A stretch of DNA of 64,000 nucleotides from Lepidodermella squamata (lineage: Eukaryota; Animalia; Gastrotricha). The stretch lies in NCBI GenBank assembly GCA_047495785.1, contig JBLDXI010000015.1, positions 4,836,001 through 4,900,000 on the forward strand, given 5' to 3'. Made by a program: the position numbers and the translations under genes. Of the stretch, positions 61,237-64,000 are shown piece by piece. Position 1 is the stretch's first letter, and the number at the start of each line of letters is the position of its first letter. Under the pieces are notes generated by a model, which was not told where the DNA came from, ran no database searches, and saw nothing but the letters and a program-made list of their open reading frames with translations.

Positions 61237-64000
61237 ATGCCTAATAATACTCCGTTATTTGCACCAAGCTTCCTGGATGGCTTTCGCGTCGAACGATCCG
61301 TTAATGGAGAAAATCTCTCAGCCACTTGTTATGGTGAGTTCGAACAGCAGGCTTCGAAGCAAGGCAATCAATCACTTGTCGAAAATCCACTGATCACCGA
61401 GCCTGACGGTCGTCAGCTCAGCTACAAAAAGCTGAGGGAAATGATCCACGGATTTGCGGTCGCATTCGAAAAACTAGGCTTGCCTCGATCAAGTCATACT
61501 GTAGCTGTTTTTCTTCCGCCAAGCGTAGCAAGAATCGCCACGTTTTTATCATTGAATTACATGGGCTTTACGCAAGTTCCACTCGATGTGACCCAGCCGT
61601 CGGATTTGAAAAAGTACATCCTAGAGCATAGCAAAGCTCAAATCATTATTACGGTAAGAATTGCCATGATTAAGACATCCGTATCCAAGCTTTTGTCTGA
61701 ACCGAAAATAATATAGAGTGAAGATCGAAAGCAAAGTTTGCTGGAGGAAACGGGCTGGAAATTGGCGACTATTGTTATTGATCGCGATTGCGTCGTCGAA
61801 TCGTGTTGCGGTGAATTTTCCTCTTCTGGCCAGGACGAAGTGGTGATTTCAAATACTGATGATAAGTGGCCAGCTTTGACGTTGTACACGAGTGGAAGCA
61901 CCGGCATTCCGAAAGGCGTCGCCTTATCAAACTCAAATCTTCTGAATCGTCTCCGGTGGCAATGGGCTGAGCTGCCATTTTCCGAAGATGGCTCAGATGT
62001 TTGCCTAGCGAGAACGAATCCGCTTTTCATTGACAGCTACACTGAAATACTGGGTGCCGTTCTTCGTCTTCAGCGGCTTGTGATCCTAGATCTTAATAGT
62101 GGCAGCAAACACACAAGCGTCCCCGATTTCATAGCTGGTGCCGTTCAAGCTCATGAAGTCACGCGTCTTATCCCGGTGCCATCATTACTCAAAGCTCTTC
62201 TTGAGCTTCCTGATGCAGCTGCAAAATTAGCGACTTTGCGACTAGTTGTCAGCAGTGGCGAGGCTTTACCTTCAGAATTGGCAAAATCCTTTTTTCGAAC
62301 ACTTTCGTCGATTAAAGGAGGCCAGCCGCGCCTAGCGAATTTTTACGGTTCAACCGAAGTTACGGGCGATGTAACTGCGTCAATCTTCGCCAGCGAGGCT
62401 GACGTAACAGCTCGCACTGTCGACGGTTTTCTGTCAATAGGTCGGCCGGTTCACAACACAACGGTTTACGTATTGGACGACGAATTCAACATGCTGCCTT
62501 TCGGTGAAACTGGCAACATCTACGTATCTGGGGAGAACGTGTGCATCGGATTCGTAGGTGATTCTGGAAGTTACTCCGATCGGTTCCGTCGAAAGCCTGA
62601 CTATATGAGCCATCTAGGCTGGGGCGATAGGTTGATCAGCATGGGCGACCTCGGTCGCATCGTTCCAGGTGGAGAATTGTGTACGTTGATGCGCGCTTTT
62701 TATTAAGAAATATGTATAGTTTCCTACCTAGTTTATTGTGGTCGAAGCGACTCGATCGTGAAAATACGCGGAAATCGGGTATCGACAATTAGCGTAGAGA
62801 ATGCTCTCAAAACGATTCTTCATACGATAATGCGCGAAAAACCGCCGGCAGCCAAGTTTACACCCCATTGCCGCGTTATTGCTGTCGAAAGCAAATCAAA
62901 TGCTACATGTCGGCTGGCTGGCTTCTACGAAACCTGGCCTGAGGCGGCAGTTTGTCTTCGTCCAGATAACATTCGAAACCGATTATCACGGTTCCTGGCA
63001 TCTTACGCTGTGCCTGAATTGCTATTTCCGATTGAGCTTGGCAAGTTCCCCATTCAACCAGCTACAGGCAAGACTGACCAGCGAGCTCTAAAAGCAATGG
63101 CGGCAGAACAAAGTAACGAAGCTTTGATTGAAGATTCAGATCTTGCGCTACTCAAGGCGAACAACGACGATCTACAATCATCGTTGGAAATTGTCCGCGC
63201 TGTTGCTGCACATACCCTAGCTGTGCCGGTCAGGAAGGTCGTTATGGAAGCGACATTCTTCAATCAAGGCGGCAATTCGCTGTCTGTAATTCGGGCTGTA
63301 ATTGCGCTGAAGAAAATCGGCTTCGAGAACGCTACTGCCGACATGCTTCTTTCGCGTAACAACACGTTGGCGGATGTTGCAAAACTTTTAATTGCGAAGC
63401 ATCAAGTCAAACAAGAAGAATGGGCGAAACCAGACTGGCTGGACCTTGTAAGCATCCAGGACCTGACAGAGAGTCAAACGAACCAGGTGAAAGAAGGGCT
63501 GGTGCATGCCTTTATCTCTAATGAGCCGCTGGCTGTTTATTTTCATGTTGACAAAGAAGGTAATTTCAATTTTTTATCTTTTATTTTGTTCTCACTCGCA
63601 TTTTGCATGCTTCAAGTTCTTATGCGACATGTTAACGCTACGTGGCGTATATGCGTTGAATCCGGTGAACTTTCATTCGCTGCAATCGACCTCCGATTGT
63701 CTGGAGATGCCGCTGTAATTGGATGCAATTTGAACGCCGATTTAACTGTAGAGGACAGTATTGATAACTGGAAGGGAATTGAGCCTATTTGTTGCATCTT
63801 GGGAGAAACAGATAAGCCTGCATTCGACAAAATAACAAGATTATTCGCAGTCGATGGCGCAATTCCCAAGGGAGTGGTAGTGAACAACCGAATGCTTTAT
63901 GTTGACTCGAAATGTTCCTCTCATGATGCCTCGGAGGTTTTTTCCGGATTGGAGCACGAGCTGATTAAAAGGAGCCGTAAACAAGGTTACAAAATGATCA
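61237..64000 (+). CDS. Ebony-like NRPS, copy 2 (3' end beyond the window)
   Basis: Colinear with copy 1 at an offset of 10311 bp, same intron positions and the same A and T motifs; no stop or frameshift noticed. Confidence 0.87.

Noticed and set aside
50926-64000. Bacterial contamination or recent horizontal transfer of an NRPS cluster
   Set aside because: Both copies have host-type short spliceosomal introns and the animal Ebony architecture with no condensation or thioesterase domain.

Overview
Gene-dense eukaryotic DNA from an animal, most likely an invertebrate with a compact genome: GT-AG introns are mostly about 45-65 nt and several intergenic gaps are only 100-300 bp. The species cannot be determined from the window. 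Recognisable genes in order: a partial membrane-protein ORF, UBE2J1, two tandem intronless ENPP ectonucleotidases, a white-family ABCG transporter, a mosaic secreted IgGFc-binding/mucin/lectin protein, a histidine acid phosphatase, six small unknown genes, a second acid phosphatase, an NHL-repeat gene, Bsx, kynurenine 3-monooxygenase (LINE relic in its long intron), a CDYL-like gene, ECI2, TMTC3-like, CHAF1B, a HUNK-like kinase, and two Ebony-type NRPS genes flanking an intronless GABA-B-like class C GPCR and several MITEs. Best candidate for an undescribed system (19.6-25.0 kb): six co-oriented genes for small disordered proteins rich in RRxS sites. All end in a shared F/Y-x6-[AS]-x3-G-x2-D-I-[YF] motif, one member carries that motif behind an in-frame UGA-CUAG readthrough-type stop, and the array is bracketed by two acid phosphatases with complementary active-site substitutions. 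Second candidate: the NRPS-GPCR-NRPS arrangement, which could be a ligand-synthesis plus receptor module. All calls were made by eye with no database searches; exon boundaries and identities are manual estimates.
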